The notes under the pieces are model-generated. The model was not told where the DNA came from, did no database searches, and saw nothing but the letters and a program-made list of their open reading frames with translations. A program made the position numbers and the translations under genes. This document shows positions 13,112-22,570 of a DNA stretch of 64,000 nt, piece by piece (the first letter of the stretch is position 1; each line of letters opens with the position of its first letter). The DNA comes from an uncultured delta proteobacterium (GTDB lineage: Bacteria > Myxococcota > Myxococcia > Myxococcales > Anaeromyxobacteraceae). The stretch lies in assembly GCA_963814585.1 (NCBI GenBank), contig CAWFDF010000011.1:128001-192000 (forward strand), read 5' to 3'.

Positions 13112-13618
13112 TCACCGGCCCTTCGGTCGCCTGGCGATCTTCCTCGCTCCGGAGCGCCTGGCGAGTCCCTTGGGACCCTTGGCGACCCGCTTCGCCGCGC
13201 CCTTCGGACCCTTGGCGATCCGCCTGGCCGGACTCTTCTTCTTCGGCCTGGCGGCGGGGGCGGCGAGGTGACAGACCGCCTCCATGTTGTGGCCGGAGGG
13301 ATCGAGGACGAAGGCGGCGAAGTAGTTGGGGTGGTAGTCGAGGCGCAGGCCGGGCGGCCCGTTGTCCGTGGCGCCGGCGGAGAGGGCCGCGGCGTGGAAG
13401 GCGCCGACGGCGGCGCGGGTGGGGGCGGAGAAGGCCAGGTGCTGCGGCCGTGCCTCAGGGTCCTGCACCAGCCAGAAGTCGAGCTTGCCGCCGACGCCCA
13501 GGCCGGCGCCGTCGGGGAACTCCATCCCCAGCTTGTAGCCGAGCGGGGCGAGGGCGGCGAGGTAGAAGGCCTTGGCGGCGGCGAGGTCGCGGACGCGGAG
13601 CGTGACGTGGTCGATCAT
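13112..13618 (-). CDS. VOC/glyoxalase-family protein with Lys/Arg-rich C-terminal tail
   Basis: MIDHVTLRVRD...FY...LG, HLAF, DNGPPGLR and YFAAFVLDPSGHNMEAVCH. Tail KKKSPARRIAKGPKGAAKRVAKGPKG. Confidence 0.88.
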   Translation of the reverse strand: MIDHVTLRVRDLAAAKAFYLAALAPLGYKLGMEFPDGAGLGVGGKLDFWLVQDPEARPQHLAFSAPTRAAVGAFHAAALSAGATDNGPPGLRLDYHPNYFAAFVLDPSGHNMEAVCHLAAPAARPKKKSPARRIAKGPKGAAKRVAKGPKGLARRSGARKIARRPKGR

Positions 13619-13826
13619 CGAGGGCCTCACGGAGGGTGCGGGTGGAGGGAGGAGGGCAGATCGCATCCTAGTGTCCGGCGAGGTGATCGGATGGGACAAG
13701 GACCGGCACGGCCCGAACGGGGTGCTTCCGTCCGTCGACCGCGCCGCGACCCTTCACCGCGAGGTCGGGTACGCCGATCCGCACGGAACCATTGGATATT
13801 CTGGTTCGATGACCGGCGCGGTATCG

Positions 13827-14969
13827 CTACCCCGCCAGCCGCCTCGGCGGCGCGCCGCAGGCCCACTCGTGGCGGTAGCCCTCGTGGAGCGCGGCGTAGA
13901 CCTCGTCGCGCAGCTGGTTGGCCTCGGCGTCGGTCAGGGTCCGGGTCAGGGCGCGGAGCGTCAGGCGCACCAGCACGTTCTTCTGGCCGGGCGAGAGGCC
14001 GAGCCGGTCGCGGGCCGCCTCGGGCAGGGCCGCGTGGGTGGTCTCGGCGCGCACCTCGATCGACTCGACGTCTTCGGCGTGCTCGCCGAGCGCCTCGCGG
14101 ACCCGGTCGCCCAGCTCCTCGGCCAGCAGCCGCTCGTGGACCGCCAGCGAGAGGTCGCGGCGGATGGGCGGCTGGTCGGAGACCGGCCTCCACGGCGAGA
14201 GGTCGAGCAGCTGGGAGGTGACGCGCGGGTCGGTGGCGCGGAGCAGGCGCAGGTCGTCGAGCCCCTTTCGCAGCATGAGGACGCGGTCCAGGCCCAGCCC
14301 CAGGGCCAGCCCCGACCACTCGTCGGGGAGCCCGGCGTCGCGCAGGATGCGCGGGTGGGCCACGCCGCACTCGCCCACCTCGATCCACTCCCCGTCCACC
14401 TCGACGTGGATCTCCAGGCCGCCGGCCGTGTACGGGTGGACGGTGGTGATGGTCTTCAGGGGACGGCCGGGAAGGAGCGCCTCGACCACGGCGCGGATCA
14501 TCTCGAGCAGCTCGGTGGTGCCGAGCTGCTCGCCGCGACGGATCCGCCAGAGGTCGAGCTGGTGAGGCTCGCCGACGTGGAGCCGGTCGATCCGGTCGCG
14601 CCGCCAGACCAGGCCGGGGCAGGAGAGCAGCGCGTCCGGGGGCGGGGCGGCGGCCAGGCGGCGCAGCAGCGGCGGGATCAGCGCCGAGGTCTGGGTGCGG
14701 AGCAGCCGGTCCCGGGAGACGTATCGGGTGTAGCGGGCGTCGCGAGAGGCGCCGCCGGGCGGGTAGAGGAGCCGGTCGTAGTTGTCGGCGACCGTGACCA
14801 CCGGGTCGGCGCGCTCCTCGATGACCGGGCAGGCCCAGGCGTCGCCCAGCGCCTTCACGGCGGCGTCGACGAGGAGCTGCATGGCGTGTGGCCCCTGGGC
14901 GGGATCGGTCAGGTCGCGCAGGGCCAGGGCTCGCTGCAGGGCATCGGGGGAGAGGATGGCGTGTGGCAT
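13827..14969 (-). CDS. srmL: PheS-related class II aaRS-like ligase with C-terminal FDX-ACB domain (SrmL-like)
   Basis: NYDRL..P....SRD..YT, LLRTQTSA, GLVWRRDRIDRLH, HQLD, HPYT...EI, WIEVGECG and GLALGLGLDR (PheRS core motifs), then RRDLS...RTLTDAEAN (ferredoxin-fold anticodon-binding domain). Confidence 0.8.
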   Translation of the reverse strand: MPHAILSPDALQRALALRDLTDPAQGPHAMQLLVDAAVKALGDAWACPVIEERADPVVTVADNYDRLLYPPGGASRDARYTRYVSRDRLLRTQTSALIPPLLRRLAAAPPPDALLSCPGLVWRRDRIDRLHVGEPHQLDLWRIRRGEQLGTTELLEMIRAVVEALLPGRPLKTITTVHPYTAGGLEIHVEVDGEWIEVGECGVAHPRILRDAGLPDEWSGLALGLGLDRVLMLRKGLDDLRLLRATDPRVTSQLLDLSPWRPVSDQPPIRRDLSLAVHERLLAEELGDRVREALGEHAEDVESIEVRAETTHAALPEAARDRLGLSPGQKNVLVRLTLRALTRTLTDAEANQLRDEVYAALHEGYRHEWACGAPPRRLAG

Positions 14970-15078
14970 GTTCGACCTCGGGTGCGGCTGGCCCGCTGGT
15001 CACGGGCGTGAGTGGAAGGCGGTGGAGGGAAGAGGACCCCACGCCAGTGCCCGGACCGCTTCGGTTTGGGATGAGCGG

Positions 15079-15168
15079 CTACCGCATCACGAGAGGCGCG
15101 GCGCCACCCAGCCCGGGCAGGGGCTGGGGTCGCCAAAATCGACGGCTCTCGCGAATCGCGTTGACCAC
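15079..15168 (-). CDS. Putative leaderless leader peptide (29 aa, MVNAIRESRRFWRPQPLPGLGGAAPLVMR)
   Basis: GTG at 15168 is 7 nt downstream of a TATTCT -10 box. TAG at 15081-15079 lies ~110 nt upstream of the srmL-like ATG. Confidence 0.45.
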   Translation of the reverse strand: MVNAIRESRRFWRPQPLPGLGGAAPLVMR

Positions 15169-15175
15169 GGCGCCA

Positions 15176-15204
15176 AGAATAGCGGGCCGAGGGCTGCGGC
15201 GCAA
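15176..15204 (-). promoter_or_regulatory. Sigma70 promoter for the uORF-srmL transcript
   Basis: TTGCGC (15204-15199), 17-nt spacer, TATTCT (15181-15176). Confidence 0.6.
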
Positions 15205-15249
15205 GCCGGGGATGGCCGGTGCCCTGTCCGGGCGAGGGGAGGGGTGGGG

Positions 15250-15642
15250 CTACTGCTTGAGGACCGGCCCGCGGTGGCCGGCACCCTCGTCCTCGAAGCC
15301 GTGGGCGACGAGGAAGTGATACAGGGGGTACGGCTCGTCACCGCCGCCGACCGCCTCGAAGACGTGCTGGCCGTCCTCGCTGGCGTTCGGGTCGGGCATG
15401 GCCTGCACGAAGAGGATGTCGCGGGTGTCGATGGCGATCTCGCCGATCAGGGCCTTGCCTCGCAGCAGCTGAACCGTCGGCACCCGGTCCTCGTCCTCGT
15501 CGAGGTACCAGTGCAGGTCGTCCTGGTCGAAGAGGAAGGAGTCGGAGGTCCCGGCGCGCAGGATGCAGTGGGGGTGGCGCTTCAACCAGCGCCAGAAGCG
15601 GTCGAAGGTGATGGTGGCGCCGGTCTCGACGGTGAGGCTCAT
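15250..15642 (-). CDS. Hypothetical acidic protein (130 aa)
   Basis: Protein-like composition and typical GC3 bias (ITFDRFWRWLKRHPHCILRAGT...YHFLVAHG). TATATT 6 nt upstream of the ATG. Confidence 0.8.
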   Translation of the reverse strand: MSLTVETGATITFDRFWRWLKRHPHCILRAGTSDSFLFDQDDLHWYLDEDEDRVPTVQLLRGKALIGEIAIDTRDILFVQAMPDPNASEDGQHVFEAVGGGDEPYPLYHFLVAHGFEDEGAGHRGPVLKQ

Positions 15643-15671
15643 GCGCCCAATATAGTAGGTAAGCTGGCGCG

Positions 15672-16157
15672 ATGCGCGAGTCGCTCCGGACCTTCCTCTT
15701 CCGCGTCGGCTTCAATCTCTGGCCCTGCTACCGGGGCAGCGGCGGGCGCGTCACCTTCATCGCCGCCGACTGGTCGGAGGTGCGGGTCCGCCTGCCGCTC
15801 TCGTGGCGGACGCGCAACTACGTCGGGACCACCTATGGCGGCTCCATCTACTCGGCGGTCGACCCCTTCTACATGCTCATGCTCATCCACCGGCTCGGCC
15901 CCGGCTTCGAGGTCTGGGACAAGGCGGCCACGGTGCGCTTCCGCAGGCCGGGGCGGACCACGCTGACCGCCCGGATGGCGCTGGCGCCGGGGGAGGAGGA
16001 GGCGGTCCGCGAGGCGCTGCGGGGCGCCCGCTCGGTCGACCGGACCTACCGGGTGGAGCTGGTGGACGGGGGTGGCGTGGTCCACGCCGAGGTGGACAAG
16101 GTGGTCCACGTCCGGCTGCGCTACAATGGCCAGCCCACGCCGGAGTCGCGCCCATGA
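15672..16157 (+). CDS. Hotdog-fold thioesterase-like protein (DUF4442/YiiD-like)
   Basis: FNLWPCYRGSGGRV, RNYVGTTYGGS, DPFYMLML and VWDKAATVRFRRPG. Confidence 0.85.
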   Translation: MRESLRTFLFRVGFNLWPCYRGSGGRVTFIAADWSEVRVRLPLSWRTRNYVGTTYGGSIYSAVDPFYMLMLIHRLGPGFEVWDKAATVRFRRPGRTTLTARMALAPGEEEAVREALRGARSVDRTYRVELVDGGGVVHAEVDKVVHVRLRYNGQPTPESRP

Positions 16158-17245
16158 AGATCCGCTACGACCTGAAGCCCGCCGCGCAGCGCCGCACCAC
16201 GCCCTTCAAGCCGGAGGGGCCGCTGTCGTTCGGCCAGCTGCGCACCGACCACATGTTCCTCATGGACCACGAGGGCGGCGCCTGGCGCGACCCGCGCATC
16301 GTCCCCTACGGCCCGTTCTCGCTCGACCCCGGCGCCGTGGTGCTCCACTACAGCCAGGAGATCTTCGAGGGGGCCAAGGCCTTCAAGCACGACGACGGCG
16401 AGATCTACGCCTTTCGCATCGACAAGAACGCCGAAAGGCTGAACCGCTCGGCGCCGGGCGTCTGCATGCCCACGGTGCCGGCCGGGGACCAGGTCCAGGC
16501 CATCCTGGCGCTGCTCGACGTGGAGCGGCTCTGGTTCCCCGAGCAGGAAGGCGCCTCGCTCTACATCCGGCCGTTCATGATCGGCACGCAGGACTCGCTG
16601 GGGGTGAAGCCGTCGAACCGCTACCTCTACTGCGTCTTCCTCTCGCCGAGCGGCCCGTACTACCCGAAGGGCTTCACCGAGCCCATCAAGCTGCTCATCT
16701 CCAGGCGCTTCCACCGCGCCGCGCCGGGGGGCACCGGCGCGCTCAAGACGGGCGGGAACTACGCGGCCTCGCTGCAGGCGGGCGAGGCGGCGCACGCCCT
16801 GGGCGCCTCGCAGGTGCTCTTCCTCGACACCACCGACACCTGGATCGAGGAGGCGGGCGCGATGAACCACTACCACGTGACCCGGGAGGGGAGGCTGGTC
16901 ATCCCGACCTTCACCGACACCATCCTGCGCTCCGTCACCTCCGAGTCGGTGCTGGCGCTGGGGAAGACGGCGCTCGGCGTCGAGACGGTGCAGGAGCGGA
17001 TCCCGCTGGCCGGGTTCCTCGAGGGGCTGAAGAGCGGCGCCATCACCGAGGCCGGCGGCTTCGGCACGGCGGCGGTGGTCTCGCCGGTCGGCGCCTACGT
17101 CTTCGAGGACAAGACCGAGGTGAGGGTGGGCGCCGGCGACATCGGCCCGCACACCCGGCGGGTCTACGAGGCGGTCACCGGCATCCAGCGGGGCACGCGC
17201 CCGGCGCCGGCGGGGTGGATGTTCAAGGCGCCGCGGATCGCCTGA
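16154..17245 (+). CDS. ilvE: Branched-chain amino acid aminotransferase
   Basis: FGQLRTDHM, LHYSQEIFEGAKA, LYIRPF, GTGALKTGGNYAAS, EEAGAMN and GTAAVVSPV. ATG 16154 overlaps the upstream stop. Confidence 0.93.
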   Translation: MKIRYDLKPAAQRRTTPFKPEGPLSFGQLRTDHMFLMDHEGGAWRDPRIVPYGPFSLDPGAVVLHYSQEIFEGAKAFKHDDGEIYAFRIDKNAERLNRSAPGVCMPTVPAGDQVQAILALLDVERLWFPEQEGASLYIRPFMIGTQDSLGVKPSNRYLYCVFLSPSGPYYPKGFTEPIKLLISRRFHRAAPGGTGALKTGGNYAASLQAGEAAHALGASQVLFLDTTDTWIEEAGAMNHYHVTREGRLVIPTFTDTILRSVTSESVLALGKTALGVETVQERIPLAGFLEGLKSGAITEAGGFGTAAVVSPVGAYVFEDKTEVRVGAGDIGPHTRRVYEAVTGIQRGTRPAPAGWMFKAPRIA

Positions 17246-17289
17246 ACCCGGGGAGCCGCCCGACGGCGCCGGGAGAGCGGCACCGAAGC

Positions 17290-17327
17290 GCCGCGACCGC
17301 GAAGGGCCGCGACCGCGAAGGACCGCG
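17290..17327. repeat. Short tandem repeat (GCCGCGACCGCGAAGG x2 plus partial)
   Basis: Direct 16-bp duplication between the convergent ilvE and purQ 3' ends. Confidence 0.6.
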
Positions 17328-17364
17328 CCCAGGCGCCGTCAGGCCACCGGCCATGAGGCGCGGT

Positions 17365-18168
17365 CTACTCCGCGGCGACGCCGGCCCGGAAGATGGCCAG
17401 CCCGGCCGCTTCCTTCGACTCCAGCTCGGCGCGGCGGCGGGCGAAGTCGGGGTGGTGCCACGGGTAGAGGAAGGCGTCCGGGTGCGGCATGAGGCCGAGG
17501 ATCCGCCCGGTCGAGTCGGTGACCCCGGCCACGCCGAGCGCCGAGCCGTTGGGGTTCTCCGGCCAGGCCTCGGTCGGCTGGCCCGCAGCGTCGATCCACC
17601 GGAAGGCGAGCTGGCCGCGCTGGTCGAGGCGTGCCAGCACCTCGGACGTCTCGACGACGAACTTCCCCTCGCCGTGACGGGTCGGGACGTCGAGCGAGGT
17701 GACCCCGCGGGTCCAGAGCGATCTCGACTTCGGGTCGACGCCGATGCGGACCCAGGCGTCGCGGTAGCCGAGCCGGTCGTTGTTGGTGAGGGCGGCCCGC
17801 GGCAGGAAGTCGGGCGGGCCCGCCTCCGGGCCGGGCAGCAGGCCGAGCCGGGTCAAGGTCTGGAAGCCGTTGCAGATGCCGAGCACCCGGCCGCCGCCGG
17901 ACAGGAAGGCCGAGAGGTCGGCCTGCAGGTGGGCGCGGATGCGGGTGGCCAGGACCAGGCCGCCGGCGACGTGGTCGCCGTAGGAGAAGCCGCCCACCAT
18001 CGCCAGCACCTGGTAGTCGGCGATGCGGCGGGGGGCGCGGCGGGCGAAGAGGTCGGTGAGGTGGACCAGCTCCACCTCGGCGCCCACCATGCGGAAGGCG
18101 GCGGCGGTCTCCTCCTCGCAGTTGAGGCCGAAGCCGACGGGGATGAGGACGCGCACCGGCCGGCTCAC
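17365..18168 (-). CDS. purQ: Phosphoribosylformylglycinamidine synthase glutaminase subunit
   Basis: GLNCEEE, GGFSYGD, LGICNGFQ, HGEGK, NPNGS and GLMPHP. GTG 18168 overlaps the purL TGA. Confidence 0.92.
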   Translation of the reverse strand: MSRPVRVLIPVGFGLNCEEETAAAFRMVGAEVELVHLTDLFARRAPRRIADYQVLAMVGGFSYGDHVAGGLVLATRIRAHLQADLSAFLSGGGRVLGICNGFQTLTRLGLLPGPEAGPPDFLPRAALTNNDRLGYRDAWVRIGVDPKSRSLWTRGVTSLDVPTRHGEGKFVVETSEVLARLDQRGQLAFRWIDAAGQPTEAWPENPNGSALGVAGVTDSTGRILGLMPHPDAFLYPWHHPDFARRRAELESKEAAGLAIFRAGVAAE

Positions 18169-21168
18169 GAGCCCCTCCCTTCGCGCTTCCAGGCGCGCGC
18201 CAGCTCGTCCACCGGGACGTCGAGGAGCGCCGTGGCGCCGAGGCCGAGGCGCAGCCGGCCACCGGCGTCGAAGGCGCCGACCACCGCGTGGGGCACGGAG
18301 GCGAGGGCGGCGCGCAGGGCGTCGAGCCGGGCCGGCTCGACGGCCAGCAGGAAGCGGCCGGTGGTCTCGCCGAGGAGGCGCCCCTCCCAGTCGACCGTCC
18401 CGTCGGCGGGGGCCCTGGCGAGGTCGGCGGCCAGGCCGAGCCCGCTGGCGCGGGCCATGAGGAAGAGCGAGTGGAGCAGACCGCCCCGGCCGACCGCGTG
18501 GGCGGCCTGGACCAGGCCGCCGGCGATGGCGCGGGCCAGCGCCTGGTAGCCGGGCCAGAGGGCCGCCGGCGTCGTGAGCGGGACCTGGCCGCCGGCGAGC
18601 CCCCGGGCCGCGGCCCACTCGGTGCCGCCCAGCTCCTGCCGCGTCTCGCCGACCAGCACCAGCGGCTGCCCGGCCGCGGCCGCCTCCAGCGTCACGGCGC
18701 GGCGGACGTCGTCGACGACGGCGATGGTCGAGGCCAGCAGCGTCGGCGGGATGGAGATCCGCTTGCCGCCGACCACGGCGTCGTTCTTCATCGAGTCCTT
18801 GCCGCTGATGAGCGGCACGCCGTAGGCGATGCAGAATCTCGGAGAGCCCCCTGGAGGCGCGGACCAGGGCGGCCGCCTTCCGGAGGGCGTCGGGGTTCCT
18901 CTCGCCGGGGAGCGGGTCCGGCCAGCAGTAGTTGTCGAGCGCGGCGACCCGGTCGGCGCGCGCCCCGGCGGCGATGACGCGCCGGACGGCGAGGTCGACG
19001 CCGGCCTGGGCCATGGCCCGGGCGTCATGGTCGGAGTAGGCGGGGAAGACGCCCTCCGCCAGCGCGTAGCCGGTGTGGTCGCCGTCGTGCGCGATCATGA
19101 AGACCGAGGCGTCGGACGGCACGTCGCGGTGCACGCCGATCCACGGCTTCACCACGGTGAGCCCCTTCACCTCGTGGTCGTAGGTGCGGCAGCGCAGCTC
19201 GGTGGAGCACAGGTTGTCGCGGGCCAGGAACCCCGCCGCCAGGGCGTTGCCCTCCGCCACCGAGGCCGGGGCCGCCTGGGCGGGGGCGGCCACCGGCGCG
19301 GCGGGAATCCACTCCGCGTCAATGCGCATCTCGGGGTCGCCGTCGTGGAGGAAGTCGAGGGACAGGAGCCCGACCACCTGCTCGCCCCAGCGCACCTCGA
19401 GCCGGCCGCTCGCGGTGAACTCGCCGAGGTCGGTGGCCTCCACCTCGCGCAGCCGGGCCAGCTCGAGGAAGGCGGGGAGCCTGGCCGGCGGCACCGCCAG
19501 CGTCATCCGCTCCTGGGCCTCCGAGACCAGCACCTCCCACGGCGCCAGCCCCTGGTACTTGAGCGGCGCGCGGGCCAGGTCCAGCCAGGCGCCGCCCGGC
19601 TGCCGGGCCATCTCGCCCACCGAGGAGGAGAGGCCCCCGGCGCCGTTGTCGGTGATCGACGAGTAGAGCCCGGCCTCGCGGGCCTCGATCAGGAAGTCGA
19701 ACATCATCTTCTGCGTGATGGGGTCGCCGATCTGGACCGCCTGCACCGGGCTCTCCTCGGTCAGCTCGGCCGAGGAGAAGGTGGCGCCGTGGATGCCGTC
19801 CTTGCCGATGCGGCCGCCCACCATGACGATCCGGTCGCCGGCCCGGGCGGCCTTCACCTCGGTGGGGCGGCCGGCGCTCCGCACCGGCATGCGACCGACG
19901 GTGCCGCAGTAGACCAGCGGCTTGCCGAGGAAGCGATCGTCGAAGAACTCCCAGCCACGGCCGTAGGGGATGCCCGACTGGTTGCCGCCGTCGATGACGC
20001 CGTGGTGGACGCCGTCGCGGATGCGGCGCGGGTGAAGCAGGCCGGGCGGCAGCTGGCCGGACCACCCGGGCGGGGCGAAGCAGTAGCCCCAGACGTTGGA
20101 GAGGAGATCGGCGCCCAGGCCGGTGCCGAAGGGATCGCGGTTGACGCCGACGATGCCGGTGATGGCGCCGCCGTAGGGGTCGAGCGCCGACGGGCTGTTG
20201 TGGGTCTCCACCTTGTAGACCAGGTGGTAGCGGCCGGTGGCGGCGATGACGCCGGCGTTGTCGTGGAAGACCGAGACCAGCCAGCTCGCCCCCTCGCGGG
20301 CCCGGATGGCGGCGTCGACGGCGGTGGTGGTGCCGCGGATGTACTGCCTGAAGAGGGAGCGGATCTCCTCCGGCGCCTTCCCCTGCTCACGGTAGGTGAT
20401 GGTGGCGTTGAAGATCTTGTGCTTGCAGTGCTCCGACCAGGTCTGGGCGAGGCACTCCAGCTCGACGTCGGTGGGGTCGGCGCCGAGGCCGGCCCGGGCG
20501 CGGGCCGGGTCGCCGGCGGCCTGCTCGAAGTGGGCGCGCAGGGCCCGCAGCTCCTCGACGGTGAGGGCGAGCAGCCTCTGGCGCGAGAGCGTGGCCAGCG
20601 CGGCGTCGTCGAGGCCGCGGAGCACGACCACCTCGGCCGGACGGGTCGGGTGCTCGACCACGCGCGGCACGGAGAGGTCGGGCGTGGAGGCCTGCCACTC
20701 GGCGCGGGACTGGACGGTGATCCGCTCGATGACCTCGTTGGCCAGGAGCTGCGAGGCGACGCGGGTGGCGCCGGCGAGAGAAATGCCGGAGAGCAGGAAG
20801 AGGCGCGAGGCGTAGACCGCGCCACCGGGCCCGAGGCTCCGGCCGAGCAGGTCCTCGATGGCGACGCGGGCCGACTTGCCGACGGGGTCGGTGACGCCCG
20901 GCTTGAAGCCGACCGAGACCGCCACGTCGAAGGGGCCGTCCTCGACGCGCCCGACCGCGCCCTGCCGGACCACGGGGCCGGCGAACTCGGCGGCGACGCG
21001 GGCGGCCTCGGTGGCCGAGAGGCCCGGCTCGACGTGGAAGACGTCGCGGGTGCGGACGGCGTCGACGGGGACCCCGAGGTGCGCGCGGATGGCGGCGGCG
21101 ACCGAGGCGCCGCGGCTGTCGGCGAAGCCGGGACGGGTGGCGATCTCGATGCGAGTGACGTCGGCCAC
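18165..21168 (-). CDS. purL: Phosphoribosylformylglycinamidine synthase PurL (with N-terminal PurS-like region; +1 frameshift near 18837)
   Basis: QTWSEHCKHK, KVETHNSPSA, DGIHGATFSS and SEAQERM. The C-terminus (YGVPLISGKDSMKND) continues in the 18165..19028 frame. Confidence 0.93.
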
Positions 21169-21291
21169 GGGCAGGGGAACCTCCGGAAAGTGGCGACCTT
21201 ATACCCGATCCCGCGAGGGTGGGCGATCCGCGCCGGGGCGGGAGAACGACACCGGGACAGGGGCTGGTGACAGGGGCTGGAATGGTCCCCT

Positions 21292-21351
21292 GAACTACCC
21301 TGGGACGAGTGCGGGGACGCGGAACTACCCTGGGACGGAAACGGGGACGCG
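21292..21351. repeat. 30-bp imperfect tandem duplication spanning the alr stop codon
   Basis: GAACTACCCTGGGACGAGTGCGGGGACGCG followed by GAACTACCCTGGGACGGAAACGGGGACGCG. Confidence 0.7.
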
Positions 21352-22509
21352 CTCGTTGAGCGTGGTCAAGGCGGTGACCAGGCCGCCGCGCAGGTAGAGG
21401 CGCGGTACCCGGGCCGAGATGCCGGCCAGGATCTCCCAGGAGATGGTGTCGGCCAGGTCGGCCAGCTCGTCGGCGGTCACCTCGGCGTCGCCGTCGCGGC
21501 CGAGCAGCGTGACCACGTCGCCCACGGTGGCGGCCGGGATGGCGGTGACGTCGACCATGGCCATGTCCATGGCGACCCGGCCCACCACCGGAGCCAGCTG
21601 GCCTCGCACCGCCACCGGCGCCCGGTTGCCGAGCGCGCGGCGGTAGCCGTCGGCGTAGCCGCACATCACCAGCGCGATGCGGGCCTGCTTGGCGGCTGCC
21701 CAGGTCCGCCCGTAGCCGACGGTGGCGCCGCGCTCGACGTCGAGCAGGCGGGCGATGCGGGCCCGGAGCGAGAGGACCGGCCTCAGCTCGGCGTCGGATC
21801 CGACCCACGGGGCGGGGCGGTAGCCGTAGAGCGACAGGCCGGCGCGGACGGCGTCGAGTCCCATCTCGTGGTCCAGCAGGACGCTGGCGGAGGCGGCGCA
21901 GTGGCGCTCGACGACCCATGGCAGCCTGTCGGAGACCGCCTTCAGCTGGTCGAACTGGCCGCGGGTGAAGCGCTGGTCGCCTTCCTCGGCGGCGGCGAAG
22001 TGGGTGAAGAGGCCGCGGACCTCGATGCCGGGCATGCCCCGGGCGCGCTCGGCGAGCGCCACGCAGGCGTCGGGGATGAGGCCGTGGCGATTGAGGCCGG
22101 TCTCGACCTCGAGGTGGATGGGGACGGTGGTCCCGGCGCGCGTGGCCGCGGCGGCGAGGGTCTCCACCAGGTCGAGCGCGCCGACGGTGGGCATGAGGCC
22201 GAGCGACACCACCCGCGCGGCGTCGGAGGCCGGGGTGGCGCCCACCAGGAGGACGGGAGCGGTGATGCCGGCCCGGCGCAGCTCCTCGGCCTCGTCGACG
22301 CAGATCACGGCGAGGCCCCAGGCCCCGGCCGCGATGGCGGCGCGGCCGCAGGCGACGGCGCCGTGGCCGTAGGCGTTGGCCTTCACCACGGCGTAGAGCC
22401 TGGCCGGAGCGGCGCGGGCGGCCATCAGGCGGACGTTGGAGTCGAGGGCGTCGAGGTCGATCTCGGCCCAGCACGGGCGCCCACCAAAAGCCGCTGGGAG
22501 GAAGGGCAT
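21325..22509 (-). CDS. alr: Alanine racemase
   Basis: WAEIDLDAL, AVVKANAYGHG, VGYG, GYADGY and VGRVAMD. Start reassigned to ATG 22509. Confidence 0.94.
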   Translation of the reverse strand: MPFLPAAFGGRPCWAEIDLDALDSNVRLMAARAAPARLYAVVKANAYGHGAVACGRAAIAAGAWGLAVICVDEAEELRRAGITAPVLLVGATPASDAARVVSLGLMPTVGALDLVETLAAAATRAGTTVPIHLEVETGLNRHGLIPDACVALAERARGMPGIEVRGLFTHFAAAEEGDQRFTRGQFDQLKAVSDRLPWVVERHCAASASVLLDHEMGLDAVRAGLSLYGYRPAPWVGSDAELRPVLSLRARIARLLDVERGATVGYGRTWAAAKQARIALVMCGYADGYRRALGNRAPVAVRGQLAPVVGRVAMDMAMVDVTAIPAATVGDVVTLLGRDGDAEVTADELADLADTISWEILAGISARVPRLYLRGGLVTALTTLNERVPVSVPG

Positions 22510-22570
22510 GACGTATGATACGGCCTCCCGGCGCCGATGGGCAGCCACGGCGACCCCCTGGAGGACGAAC

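Noticed and set aside
14970..15170. T-box riboswitch upstream of the PheS-like gene
   Set aside because: I could not find the T-box consensus (AAGGTGGTACC/GGTGGNACCGCG-like) or a U-tailed terminator. The uORF model fits better.
17365..21168. Apparent 1267-aa PurL-PurQ fusion in the ORF track
   Set aside because: Artefact of the frameshift near 18837. The true PurL end is in another frame (stop 18165) and PurQ has its own GTG at 18168.
21255..21351. Possible mini-CRISPR from the short direct repeats (also 44994-45035, 17290-17327)
   Set aside because: Only two adjacent copies each, no unique spacers of CRISPR length, and no cas genes.
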